Source: Chiloscyllium plagiosum
Lineage: Eukaryota
Length of the DNA stretch: 63,298 bases
Direction: 5' to 3'
Assembly (NCBI RefSeq): GCF_004010195.1
Contig: NC_057720.1
Location: 3,271,481-3,334,778, forward strand
Shown here: positions 25,032 through 37,000 of the stretch, in pieces
How positions within the stretch are numbered: position 1 is the first letter of the stretch
Layout of the letters: the number at the start of each line of letters is the position of its first letter
Made by a program: the position numbers and the translations under genes
Notes under the pieces: generated by a model
What the model saw: the letters and a program-made list of their open reading frames with translations, nothing else
The model's database searches: none
Told to the model about the DNA's origin: nothing

Positions 25032-27228
25032 CTGATAAGTATGTACCTGTCTGGCAGGGAGGAAGTTGTTGAGCACAGGAGCCATAGTTTATTTAAGAAG
25101 TTGAATCTCTTGTCAAGAGGAAGAAGAAGGCTTATGTTAGGAAAAGATGTGAAGGCTCAGTTAGAGCGCTTGAGAGTTCCAGGTTAGCCAGAAGAACCTA
25201 AAGAGGGAGCCAAGAGGAGACATGAGAAGTCATTGGCAGATAGGATCAAGGAAAACCCTAAAGATTTCTATAGCTTTATCAGGAATAAAAGAACGATTAG
25301 AGTAAGATTACAGTCAACAGTGTGTTGCTGGAAAAGCACAGCAGGTCAGGCAGCATCCGAGGAGCAGGAGAATCGTCGTTTCAGGCTGGAGCCCTTCATT
25401 ATGACCTGATGAAGGGCTTTTGCCCGAAACGTCGATTCTCCTGCTCCACGGATGCTGCCTGACCTGCTGTGCTTTACCAGCACCACTCTGATCTAAACTT
25501 TGGTTTCCAGCATCTGCAATCCTCACTTTTGCCGAGATGGGATTGAGGTTCACAAGGGGGAGGTGTTAGCAATTCTGGAAAGTGTGAAAATAGATAAGTC
25601 CCCTGGGCAGGATGGGATTTATCCTAGGATTCTCTGGGAAGCCAGGGATGAGAATGCCGAGCCTTTGGCTTTGATCTTTATGTCATCATTGTCTACAGGA
25701 GTACTGCCAGAAAACTGGAGGATGGCTAATGGTTGTCCTCTGTTCAAGAAGGGGAGTAGAGACAACCCTGGTAATTATAGATCAGTGACCCTTACTTCGG
25801 TTGTGGGTAAAGTGTTGGAAAAGGTTATAAGAGATAGGATTTCTAATCATCTAGAGAGGAGTAAGTTGATTAGGGATAGTCAACACTGTTTTGTGAAGGG
25901 TAGGGCGTGCCTCACAAACCTTAGTGAGTTCTTTGAGAAGGTGACAAACAGGTGGATGAGGGTAAAGCGGTTGATGTGGCGTATGTGGATTTCAGTAAGG
26001 TGTTCAATAAGGTTCCCCGCGGTAGGCTACTGCACAAGTTCCCTGATGAAGGGCTTTTGCCCAAAGCATCAATTTTCCTGCTCCTCGGATACTGCCTGAC
26101 CTGCTGTGCTTTTCCAGCAGCACTCTGATCTTGACCACTGCACAAAATACGGAGGGCATGGGATTGAAGGTGATTTAGTTGATTGGATCAGAAATTGGCG
26201 AACTGAAAAAAGACAGAGTGTGGTGGTTGATGGGAAATGTTCATCCTGGAGTTCAGTTACTAGTGGGGTACCGCAAGGATCTGTTTTGGGGCCACTACTG
26301 TTTGTCATTTTTATGAATGAGGGCATAGAACAATGGGTGAGTAAATTTGTGGATGACACTAAGGTCAGTAGAGTTGTGGATAGTGATGAAGGATGTTGTA
26401 GGTTACAGAGGGACATAGATAAGCTGCAGAACTGAGCTGAGAGGTGGCAAATGGAGTTTAATGTGGAAAAGTGTGAGGTGATTCACTTTGGTCGGAGTAA
26501 CCGGAATGCAAAGCATTGGGCTAATGGTAAGATTCTTGGTAGTGTAGATGAGCAGAGAGGTCTCGGTGTCCATTAACACAGATCCCTGAAAGTTGCCACC
26601 AAGGTTGATAGGGTTGTTAAGAAGGCATATGGTGTGTTTGCTTTTATTGGTAGAGGGATTGAGTTTCGGAGCCATGTGGTCATGCTGCAGCTGTACAAAA
26701 CCCTGGTGCGGCCACACTTGCAGTATTGCCTACAGTTCTGGTCACCGCATTATAGGAGGGATGTGGAAGCTTTGGAAAGGGTTCACTGGGATGTTGCCTG
26801 GTTTGGAGGGAAGATTGTATGAGGAAAGGCTGAGGGACTTGTGGCTGTGTTTGTTAGAGAGAAGAAGGTTGACAGGTGACTTAATTGAGACATGTAAGAT
26901 AATCAGAGGGTTAGATAGATTGGACAGTGAGAGCCTTTTTCCTCGGATGGTGATGGCTACCACGAGGGGACCTAGCTTTAAATTGAGGGGTGATAGATAT
27001 AGGACAGATGTCAGAGGTAGTTTCTTTACTCAAAGAGTACGAGGGGCATGGAATGCTCTGCACAAGTAGTAGACTCACCAACATTAAGGGCATTAAAATG
27101 ATCATTGGATAGGCATATGGATGAGATTGGAATAGTGTAGATTAAATGGGCTTCAGATTGGTTCCACAGGTCGGCACAACATCGAGGGCTGAAGGGCCTG
27201 TACTGCGCTGTAATATTCTATGTTCTAT
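25032..27228 (+). mobile_element. 5'-truncated CR1/HER1 LINE, ORF2 pseudogene with two Penelope-end insertions
   Basis: KSPGQDGIYPRILWE, NYRSVTLTS, GVPQGSVLGPLLF, KFVDDTK and LYKTLVRPHLQYCLQFWSPH; frameshifts; (TTCTATG)n tail. Confidence 0.92.
25406..25433 (+). ncRNA. Minimal hammerhead ribozyme motif (Penelope terminus)
   Basis: CTGATGA-A-GGGC TTTT GCCC-GAAA-CG-TC: intact core boxes and stem II. Confidence 0.55.
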
Positions 27229-28092
27229 GCTATGTGTAATGTACGGAGATTCATTGAGGGTACCACCACAAGAAGGCTGTAAGACACCTTTGGTATCACC
27301 CAAAATCTCTCGCCGGCTATCTAGGAATAAAGGTTTGTTTCCCTTTAAACTGAAATTTGTGTCATCCGGAATTAAGAGTCCATATTTGGTGCTGTGACCC
27401 GGGATCTCAACATTGGGAACGTCTCGCTGGGCTGAGTAAGTGACTTGAAATTTTGAATCGAACAGATCAGAGTGGTAAGGGTGCCCCAGGCGTTTTACTC
27501 CAGACCACTCCTTGTGTTCGGCTAGACAACCTGTTCCTCGCCCAGTGCAACTGGTACCTTGAAAAGATCAAATGAACCACCTGAACCCAGCTTGTAGGTC
27601 GGGACAGTTTTGCCTGATTGCTGTAGGTTGCTGTGGGGCTACTCTGTATTTATCCTGTAATAAAACGTTGTGAGTGGGGAACTGGTCGTCACTACCTGAT
27701 GGATTCAGTTTAGGGAGCTGTCTCTTTCGGATTTGGCGGGCAGAAATTAATATACAATAGGAAAGAGGGCAGGCTCAGTAAATTTCTCACCCCACAGTAT
27801 TGATATGGCTGATGGAAATTGTTCATAGAAGAACAAGGAGTCATAAGGTAAAATGGGACAGTATCTTTATGTAGTTGGGAAGGGGAACAAGCTGTGAGAA
27901 AATACCTGATCGGGAAAATGGTTATAGGCCCTTCTGAGAGATCGGTCATTTTGGTAAATTGTTTGTGTGAATTGGGCAACTTGGTAAATTGTTATATGCA
28001 AATTAAAGGACGTCCAGTTTGAATGAGTGATTGTGATCGTATGTGTAGTGAAAGCTTTCATTTGAATGGTGAATTGATTCCAAAATTTTATC

Positions 28093-28470
28093 TGTAGTGA
28101 CAGGCCTCCAGTCTGAAAAACAACCCTCCACCACCACCCTCTGTCTTCTACCTTTGAGCCAGTTCTGTATCCAAATGGCTAGTTCTCCCTGTATTCCATG
28201 AGATCGAACCTTGCTCACCAGTCTCCCATGGGGAACCTTGTCGAACACCTTACTGAAGTCCATATAGATCACGTCTACCACTCTGCCCTCATCAATCCTC
28301 TTTGTTACTTCTTCAAAAAACTCAACCAAGTTCATGACACATGATTTCCCATGCACAAAGCCGTGTTGACTATCCCTAATCAGTCCTTGCCTTTCCAAAT
28401 ACATGTACATCCTGTCCCTCAGGATTCCCTCCAACTACTTGCCCACCACCAAGGTCAGGCTCACCAGTCT
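28093..28470 (-). mobile_element. CR1 ORF2 RT fragment
   Basis: SQHGFVHGKSCVMNLVEFFEEVT...YMDFSKVFDKVPHGRL. Confidence 0.9.
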
Positions 28471-30884
28471 CTGGGGAGTTGAGAGTTAAAAATAACAAAG
28501 CTAAAATTTTTTTCAACATTTGTTTTTCGGTTTTAGGAATCACTGGGTAGGTGGAGTTGAGATAAAAATTAACTAACATCCAATGAAATTGTAGAACAGT
28601 CCATGAGGGCTGTATGGTCACGTGCTGATTCTAACACCCAACTTTCAAAGTATTTTATACAGCAGTGGCAATGAGCTCAGAACATCTCAGGGAGAGCAGT
28701 CAAACCAGTGCAGCACCGTTGGAAATGAAGGCACTGCTGTAACATAGGAAATAATTAACATTTCGATAAATAATTAACATTGTGCGAACCAAGTAAAAGA
28801 GTGAGACAATTTGGAGAATGTTTCCACTGAGTATATGGCCAGGGTGTGCACTGAGATATGTGACTCTGGATGAAGTCATATTTGGCACAAAATGATGGGA
28901 ATTTATAGCAAAAAACCCCCACAAAACTGTGATGCAAAGGAAGTGCAAGGAAGCCAGTCTGTGTACCTGAAGCTGTCTGTCCTGCTGGCCTTGTTTAAGG
29001 AGCTTTTAAATACCTTAGCCTCAGACCGAGGCTCTCGGACACTTGCCCTCATCACTCGGGTCATTTGGGGTCAGGTTTGCTTTGATAACAATCCTCGGAC
29101 ATGTCAAAAGCACAATATAAATACATGTTGTTGCTCAGTGACCTTAAACTATCACCCCATGAATTACCCATGTAGCAAATTTCACACAATTTGTATGGTG
29201 TGATGAGCAGTGTCTAATATTATCAGCAGCGCAATGACCCTTCCAGGTTTATCAAAGATCTGAGTGTTGTTTAGCACAATGCTTGATATGTTGGCTGTCT
29301 CAGTTTAGAACTTGTTTGGCAAAAAATTTGAATAAAATTCTTAAATATTGACTGTCTTTTGTAATACAAGCTGCAAACGACTAGTGTTCAGAATCCCATG
29401 TTTATTCTTTGTGCTGTGCCATGTTAATTTGGTATTTTCTGATGCCAAGGGAGTTTCCCTCTACGTTCAAAATAACTCACTCTCTGAAAGGTGGAAGTAA
29501 TTTGCATGTGTATAAAGCAGCTTTGAGATATTGGTTGAGATGTGAAGCATAAATATCACTTCTGAGTATGTTTCTGTGCATGTGAGTCATTTCAGAAGTG
29601 TCCCTTGAAGTTAAAGTTCGCATCACAAAGTATATAGAACACAAAGATGCTATTCCACTGTTTTGTTTTCCACTCCTCTTCGTCTTACTCAATCAGCATA
29701 TTCCTCACTTTCAAGTATTACAGAAAAGCAAGACGCAATGCCATAGTGCATATTGTACTGATCAGGACAAACGCAGCAATGCCCCAAATGTCAATTTCAC
29801 CGAGAAGACATGAGCCACGGAATGACACAAAATTGTTTGTTAGTTTAGCTGTTAGCCAGCATTTGTGATCCATCCCTAATTGCTATGGAGCCATTTGGTT
29901 TGCTTCACTATTCCAGGTGGCATTAAGAGTCAGCCATGGTCTGGAGTCGCATGTAGGCCAGACCTGGTGAGGATGACAGATTTCCTTCCCTAAAGGACAT
30001 TAGTGGAATAGGTGGGTTGTAATAACAAGAGGCGGTGGTCGCGTGGTTGCCATTAAACTTAGCATTTAATTCCAGGTTTTATTGAATTCAGATTTCACCA
30101 TCTGCCGCAGTGGGAATTGAACGGAGGACATTATTTCCTGGGGTTCTGGATGACTAATCCAGCCAATTTACCACTGTGCTGTCACCCCCTTCATTGCCTC
30201 TGATACAATTCTGATGAGTTTAACTCCTCCGATATCCTTCCTGAGGGATGGTCACAATCTGGGCAGTGCTGTCTGGTTGAGTTTTTTTTCTTACATTTGT
30301 ACACAGGATGTGAGCATCAGTGGTTGGACCAGCCATTATTACCCATCCCTAAGTGCCTTTGAGAAGGTATTGGTGAGCTGCCTTCTTGAACGGCTGCTGT
30401 TTTTGTGATGTGGACATCCCCACCATGCTGTTTGGATGGAGATTCCAGCAGTTTGTCCCAGCAATGTGAAAGGACTGGTGAAACATTTCCAAGTGCAGGC
30501 AGCTGAGTGCGTTGGAGAGGAAGTTGTAGGTGGCAGTGTTCCCATGGGTCTACTACCTCTGTCCATGTTGGTGATAAACGTGGCTGATTGGAAGGTGCTG
30601 TCAAAGGAATCTCAGTGAGTTCCTGTACTGACTCCTGGAAATGGGGCATTCAGCTTGCAACTAGGCATCGCTGGTAGATAGAGTTAATGTTGAAACAGCT
30701 CCACGTACTTGTATTACACTTCCAGAACTCTGTATTCCTACTTGCTTGAAACAAAGACCACATTTTCATTCATTTTTAAACTTATTTTTATGCCTGTCCC
30801 CTCCTTGTTTTTAATTTTTTGTTTTGCTATGGTCCTGAGCCTCAATTCTGACCGGGGTCTGATCGGTCTCCAGATTGGATGGGC

Positions 30885-31166
30885 CAAATGGCCTAAGTCT
30901 GCAGCACTGCTGCCTCACAGGGCCAGGGGCCCGGGTTCGATTCCAGCCTCGGGCGACTGTGTCTGTGTGGGGTTTGTGCTTTCTCCCATGTCTGCGTGGA
31001 TTTCCTCTCACAGACTAAAGATGTGCAGGTTAGGGTGGATTGGCCATGGGAAATGCAGGGTTACAGGGACAGGGTAGGGGAGTGGATCTGGATGGGATGC
31101 TCTTCAGAAGGTTGATTTGGGTTCGATGGGCCGAATGGCCAGCTTCCACACTGTAGGGATTCTATG
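30885..31166 (+). mobile_element. HE1-type SINE (upstream of the BCL10 CARD exon)
   Basis: B box GGTTCGATTCC, V-domain and GGGATTCTATG tail. Confidence 0.85.
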
Positions 31167-31911
31167 AAGGTCTGTATATTATTACAGCCTATCCTGTCCT
31201 ACGCACACTGTTGGGAAATCCTGTATTGTAACTGTGTGAAAGGTCAGGAGCACCAGAAAATTATCAAGAATTGGGAAGTTTTAACAACCTGAGCAGGAAG
31301 AAAAGGGTTGACAGCAATAAGACATTCTGAGTCATGGAGTCATACAGCATGGAAACAGACCCTTCATGTCCTTTTTAAGCTTCTCTCCACTAAGTTAGAT
31401 CTCATTCATCTTAGTTCACGTCTCTGAGTTTAGTTCATGTCTCTGAGGTTTAGTTCCTGCGCGGTGTTACTAACAAGAAAAGTCAATTTCCTGAAACAAA
31501 CCAGAAGGAGAGAGTTGTCCCTGAGTTGAATTTATGATCAAATCAGAGAAAAACGAGAGAGCGATACTTTTCAAGGAGGAGTGAAGCTTTGCTTAAGGAA
31601 AGTAAAACACTCATTATCCGAAGAGTAACCCACCCAGACCCATTTCCCTCTGACTGACACGCCTGGCCATCTCTGGACTGTGGGAGGAGACTGGAGCACC
31701 CGGAGGAAACCCGCACAGACGTGGGGAGAATGTGCAAACACCACACAGACAGTCGCTCTTTTCAATCTTTATTTGATGCTCGTGAGGATTCCTCTCAAAG
31801 CTGATCAGCTCCAAAGAGACAGATGCTATGTTGAATGAGCAGCAACAGGGGTTAGGGTTTGTCTGGAAGCATTGAGTGTATTTGCTAACGTGATTCTACT
31901 CTTGACTGCAG

Positions 31912-32197
31912 GTTTTAGAGAAACTGAGGCCGTACTTGTGTGAGAAAGTCATTGCAGAAAGACATTTTGATTACCTGCGGGCAAAAAGGATATTGTCTAA
32001 GGAAGATACGGAGGACATTTCCTCCCAGGTACTGAATAGACGAAAAACTGGAAAGTTGCTGGATTACCTGGCAGAGAACCCGAAAGGCCTGGACACTCTG
32101 ATCAACTCCATCAGGCGAGAGGGCACGCAGAACTTCCTGGTTCAGAGAATAACAGACGAGGTGCAGAAGATTAAAAACGAAAAGCTGATCCAGAAAG
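31912..32197 (+). CDS. BCL10: BCL10 CARD-encoding exon (equivalent to human exon 2)
   Basis: Acceptor ctcttgactgcag|GTT and donor AAAG|gtaaaa (phase 1). Translates VLEKLRPYLCEKVIAERHFDYLRAKRILSKEDTEDISSQVLNRRKTGKLLDYLAENPKGLDTLINSIRREGTQNFLVQRITDEVQKIKNEKLIQK, which matches the human BCL10 CARD (LCEKIIAERHFDHLRAKKILSREDTEEI...GKLLDYLQENPKGLDTL) with the same exon boundaries. Confidence 0.96.
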
Positions 32198-32529
32198 GTA
32201 AAAAGAAATAGACTTTCCGGTTCTCCCATCCCATCAAAGGATGCTGTTCTCTTTGCAAAGAGTGGAACCTCCAACATAGTTCAATAACTCAAAAGTTTTT
32301 TTATCATTGTGCTTGCTGTGTCCAGCCAGCATTCCCCCTTTACTGTCATTTTGAATCAATTGCGCAAATTCAGTGCAAATTCCAAAGTGCAAAACAACAG
32401 TGAAGCCATGGGGAGTTGTTGGATGGGAAAGGTTTAGAGGGATATGGGCCAAATGCAGGCATAAGGGACAGTTGGACCAAAGAATCATACAGCACAGAAA
32501 CAGACCCCTATGGCTTGGGTCTGCTGAGG

Positions 32530-32830
32530 TTAGATTAGCTTCCCTACAGTGTGGAAATAGGCCCTTCGGCCCAACAAGTCTACACTGACCCTCCGAAGAG
32601 TAACCCGCCCAGACCCATTTCCCTCTGACTGACGCGCCTAACACTGCGGTTTAGCATGGCCGATTCAATCTTTGGACTGTGGGAGGAGACCGGAGCACCC
32701 GGAGGAAACCCGCACAGACGTGGGGAGAATGTGCAAACACCACGCAGACAGTCACCCGAGGCTGGAATTGAACCTGGGACCCTGGCGCTGTGAGACAGCA
32801 GTGCTAACCACTGAGCCACCGTGCCGCCCA
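32530..32830 (-). mobile_element. HE1-type SINE in the BCL10 intron (a related partial copy lies at 31615-31755)
   Basis: Reverse A/B boxes, V-domain and TTAGA tail. Confidence 0.9.
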
Positions 32831-33038
32831 AGTTGAGATATTACCAGACTCTGGCTAGTTGGATTGAAAATCTGGCTTTTTTGAGCTTCTTCTCTAGATA
32901 TAATGCTTTTATTAGATTAACATTCCTCAAATATTCTTTTCCTGTTAAACAATTTAATTGTAAACTGTGTAGAATCAGTATTCATTCAGTTTGTTCAATC
33001 TCTTTCTGTCTCATTTCTTTCTCTTCCACTTGAAGCAG

Positions 33039-33406
33039 GAAATTTCTCGAGCAGTTCAGAGATGGCCAAAGATACGTCGGAAACCAATAACCTGTCCGTG
33101 TTCCCATCCATTGAGTCCAACAATCAGAAGACAGAAGCAAACATCCTCTTTCATCCTGAAGGTGAATACAGTCCCGTGCCATCAGCCTCACCCACACTCT
33201 CTCCATTGGATTTGAAATCCCTGTCTTTGTTGGAGAAGGCAAGCACACTGGGCAATGTGGAAACCATGCCGACGACATTATCCCTTCCCAGGCCGGGGGA
33301 GCCCGGAGCTCCTTCACTTCCCCCTGAACTCGAAGCTGAAGCTGAGGGAGCCTGTAGTAATTCCAGTGACCCTGGCTTTTTGCCATTACGGTCCCGTGCA
33401 CCGTGA
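33039..33406 (+). CDS. BCL10: BCL10 terminal coding exon (Ser/Thr-rich C-terminus)
   Basis: Polypyrimidine tract then tgaagcag|GA; the phase 1 join keeps frame (an alternative AG gives a start at 33036). Encodes ...TNNLS...FHPEGE...LPRPGEPGAPSLPPEL...EGACSNSS..FLPLRSRAP*, matching human TNNLS, YHPEGE, LPRPGDPGAPPLPPDL and FLPLRSR. Confidence 0.94.
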
Positions 33407-33485
33407 CCAGGTGCCTGCATCGAAAACCCCTGCGTGGTGACCTAGGAGCTTACACAGTGTCTGACTTTTATGATTCTATGTCTTT

Positions 33486-33491
33486 ATTAAA
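33486..33491 (+). promoter_or_regulatory. Candidate BCL10 polyadenylation signal (ATTAAA)
   Basis: ATTAAA 80 nt after the stop codon, followed by T/GT-rich sequence. Use in vivo is unverified. Confidence 0.35.
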
Positions 33492-33825
33492 TGTGGGTAA
33501 GAAACTGAGTGCTTTTGTAAATGTACACAGAGGAACCATGATTATCCAAGTATCAATTATCCAAATTTCGGATTATCCGAAGAAGATCTCAAGGTCCCGC
33601 TAGAAGCATTACATCAAAGAGGTGTTTCGACACTGATTATTTATAATGATGAAAAATGAACTTGGCTCACTCAAATGCTGCCGATTACAGATGGGAGCCC
33701 AGGCACCATCTCCCAATGACTGACCTCTCGCTCTCTCTCGCTCTCACTCTTGCGCTCTCTCTCTCTCTCCCTCCCTCCCTCCCCCCACACTTTCCCTGGA
33801 GTTCTACACAGGAGTGTATCCTAAA

Positions 33826-34045
33826 TCCCCCTTCCCCACATAATCTCTCCAACATTGTCCTACATGGCCAGGGTGGAATCCGTCAAAACGTTGCAGTAAA
33901 AAGGTGTGTGGGTGTGTTGGGGGTGTGTGGGTGTGTCCCCCTTCCCCACATAATCTCTCCAACATTGTCCTACATGGCCAGGGTGGAATCCGTCAAAACG
34001 TTGCAGTAAAAAGGTGTGTGGGTGTGTTGGGGGTGTGTGGGTGTG
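33826..34045. repeat. 110-bp tandem duplication
   Basis: Identical copies at 33826-33935 and 33936-34045. Confidence 0.95.
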
Positions 34046-37000
34046 TGTGTTGGGGTGTGGGCGTGTGTGTGTTGGGGTGTGGGCGTGTGTGTGTTGGGGT
34101 GTGGGCGTGTGTGTGTTGGGGTGTGGGCGTGTGTGTGTTGGGGTGTGGGCGTGTGTGTGTTGGGGTGTGGGCGTGTGTGTGTTGGGGTGTGGGCGTGTGT
34201 GTGTTGGGGTGTGGGCGTGTGTGTGTTGGGGTGTGGGCGTGTGTGTGTTGGGGTGTGGGCGTGTGTGTGTTGGGGTGTGGGCGTGTGTGTGTTGGGGTGT
34301 GGGCGTGTGTGTGTTGGGGTGTGGGCGTGTGTGTGTTGGGGTGTGGGCGTGTGTGTGTTGGGGTGTGGGCGTGTGTGTGTTGGGGTGTGGGCGTGTGTGT
34401 GTTGGGGTGTGGGCGTGTGTGTGTTGGGGTGTGGGCGTGTGTGTGTTGGGGTGTGGGCGTGTGTGTGTTGGGGTGTGGGCGTGTGTGTGTTGGGGTGTGG
34501 GCGTGTGTGTGTTGGGGTGTGGGCGTGTGTGTGTTGGGGTGTGGGCGTGTGTGTGTTGGGGTGTGGGCGTGTGTGTGTTGGGGTGTGGGCGTGTGTGTGT
34601 TGGGGTGTGGGCGTGTGTGTGTTGGGGTGTGGGCGTGTGTGTGTTGGGGTGTGGGCGTGTGTGTGTTGGGGTGTGGGCGTGTGTGTGTTGGGGTGTGGGC
34701 GTGTGTGTGTTGGGGTGTGGGCGTGTGTGTGTTGGGGTGTGGGCGTGTGTGTGTTGGGGTGTGGGCGTGTGTGTGTTGGGGTGTGGGCGTGTGTGTGTTG
34801 GGGTGTGGGCGTGTGTGTGTTGGGGTGTGGGCGTGTGTGTGTTGGGGTGTGGGCGTGTGTGTGTTGGGGTGTGGGCGTGTGTGTGTTGGGGTGTGGGCGT
34901 GTGTGTGTTGGGGTGTGGGCGTGTGTGTGTTGGGGTGTGGGCGTGTGTGTGTTGGGGTGTGGGCGTGTGTGTGTTGGGGTGTGGGCGTGTGTGTGTTGGG
35001 GTGTGGGCGTGTGTGTGTTGGGGTGTGGGCGTGTGTGTGTTGGGGTGTGGGCGTGTGTGTGTTGGGGTGTGGGCGTGTGTGTGTTGGGGTGTGGGCGTGT
35101 GTGTGTTGGGGTGTGGGCGTGTGTGTGTTGGGGTGTGGGCGTGTGTGTGTTGGGGTGTGGGCGTGTGTGTGTTGGGGTGTGGGCGTGTGTGTGTTGGGGT
35201 GTGGGCGTGTGTGTGTTGGGGTGTGGGCGTGTGTGTGTTGGGGTGTGGGCGTGTGTGTGTTGGGGTGTGGGCGTGTGTGTGTTGGGGTGTGGGCGTGTGT
35301 GTGTTGGGGTGTGGGCGTGTGTGTGTTGGGGTGTGGGCGTGTGTGTGTTGGGGTGTGGGCGTGTGTGTGTTGGGGTGTGGGCGTGTGTGTGTTGGGGTGT
35401 GGGCGTGTGTGTGTTGGGGTGTGGGCGTGTGTGTGTTGGGGTGTGGGCGTGTGTGTGTTGGGGTGTGGGCGTGTGTGTGTTGGGGTGTGGGCGTGTGTGT
35501 GTTGGGGTGTGGGCGTGTGTGTGTTGGGGTGTGGGCGTGTGTGTGTTGGGGTGTGGGCGTGTGTGTGTTGGGGTGTGGGCGTGTGTGTGTTGGGGTGTGG
35601 GCGTGTGTGTGTTGGGGTGTGGGCGTGTGTGTGTTGGGGTGTGGGCGTGTGTGTGTTGGGGTGTGGGCGTGTGTGTGTTGGGGTGTGGGCGTGTGTGTGT
35701 TGGGGTGTGGGCGTGTGTGTGTTGGGGTGTGGGCGTGTGTGTGTTGGGGTGTGGGCGTGTGTGTGTTGGGGTGTGGGCGTGTGTGTGTTGGGGTGTGGGC
35801 GTGTGTGTGTTGGGGTGTGGGCGTGTGTGTGTTGGGGTGTGGGCGTGTGTGTGTTGGGGTGTGGGCGTGTGTGTGTTGGGGTGTGGGCGTGTGTGTGTTG
35901 GGGTGTGGGCGTGTGTGTGTTGGGGTGTGGGCGTGTGTGTGTTGGGGTGTGGGCGTGTGTGTGTTGGGGTGTGGGCGTGTGTGTGTTGGGGTGTGGGCGT
36001 GTGTGTGTTGGGGTGTGGGCGTGTGTGTGTTGGGGTGTGGGCGTGTGTGTGTTGGGGTGTGGGCGTGTGTGTGTTGGGGTGTGGGCGTGTGTGTGTTGGG
36101 GTGTGGGCGTGTGTGTGTTGGGGTGTGGGCGTGTGTGTGTTGGGGTGTGGGCGTGTGTGTGTTGGGGTGTGGGCGTGTGTGTGTTGGGGTGTGGGCGTGT
36201 GTGTGTTGGGGTGTGGGCGTGTGTGTGTTGGGGTGTGGGCGTGTGTGTGTTGGGGTGTGGGCGTGTGTGTGTTGGGGTGTGGGCGTGTGTGTGTTGGGGT
36301 GTGGGCGTGTGTGTGTTGGGGTGTGGGCGTGTGTGTGTTGGGGTGTGGGCGTGTGTGTGTTGGGGTGTGGGCGTGTGTGTGTTGGGGTGTGGGCGTGTGT
36401 GTGTTGGGGTGTGGGCGTGTGTGTGTTGGGGTGTGGGCGTGTGTGTGTTGGGGTGTGGGCGTGTGTGTGTTGGGGTGTGGGCGTGTGTGTGTTGGGGTGT
36501 GGGCGTGTGTGTGTTGGGGTGTGGGCGTGTGTGTGTTGGGGTGTGGGCGTGTGTGTGTTGGGGTGTGGGCGTGTGTGTGTTGGGGTGTGGGCGTGTGTGT
36601 GTTGGGGTGTGGGCGTGTGTGTGTTGGGGTGTGGGCGTGTGTGTGTTGGGGTGTGGGCGTGTGTGTGTTGGGGTGTGGGCGTGTGTGTGTTGGGGTGTGG
36701 GCGTGTGTGTGTTGGGGTGTGGGCGTGTGTGTGTTGGGGTGTGGGCGTGTGTGTGTTGGGGTGTGGGCGTGTGTGTGTTGGGGTGTGGGCGTGTGTGTGT
36801 TGGGGTGTGGGCGTGTGTGTGTTGGGGTGTGGGCGTGTGTGTGTTGGGGTGTGGGCGTGTGTGTGTTGGGGTGTGGGCGTGTGTGTGTTGGGGTGTGGGC
36901 GTGTGTGTGTTGGGGTGTGGGCGTGTGTGTGTTGGGGTGTGGGCGTGTGTGTGTTGGGGTGTGGGCGTGTGTGTGTTGGGGTGTGGGCGTGTGTGTGTTG

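Noticed and set aside
24458..25038. Unique 570-bp segment bounded by TACTGATAA repeats between two CR1 fragments
   Set aside because: The flanks are oppositely oriented, unrelated CR1 pieces, so the repeat is not a credible TSD; no TIR, LTR or coding signature was recognised.
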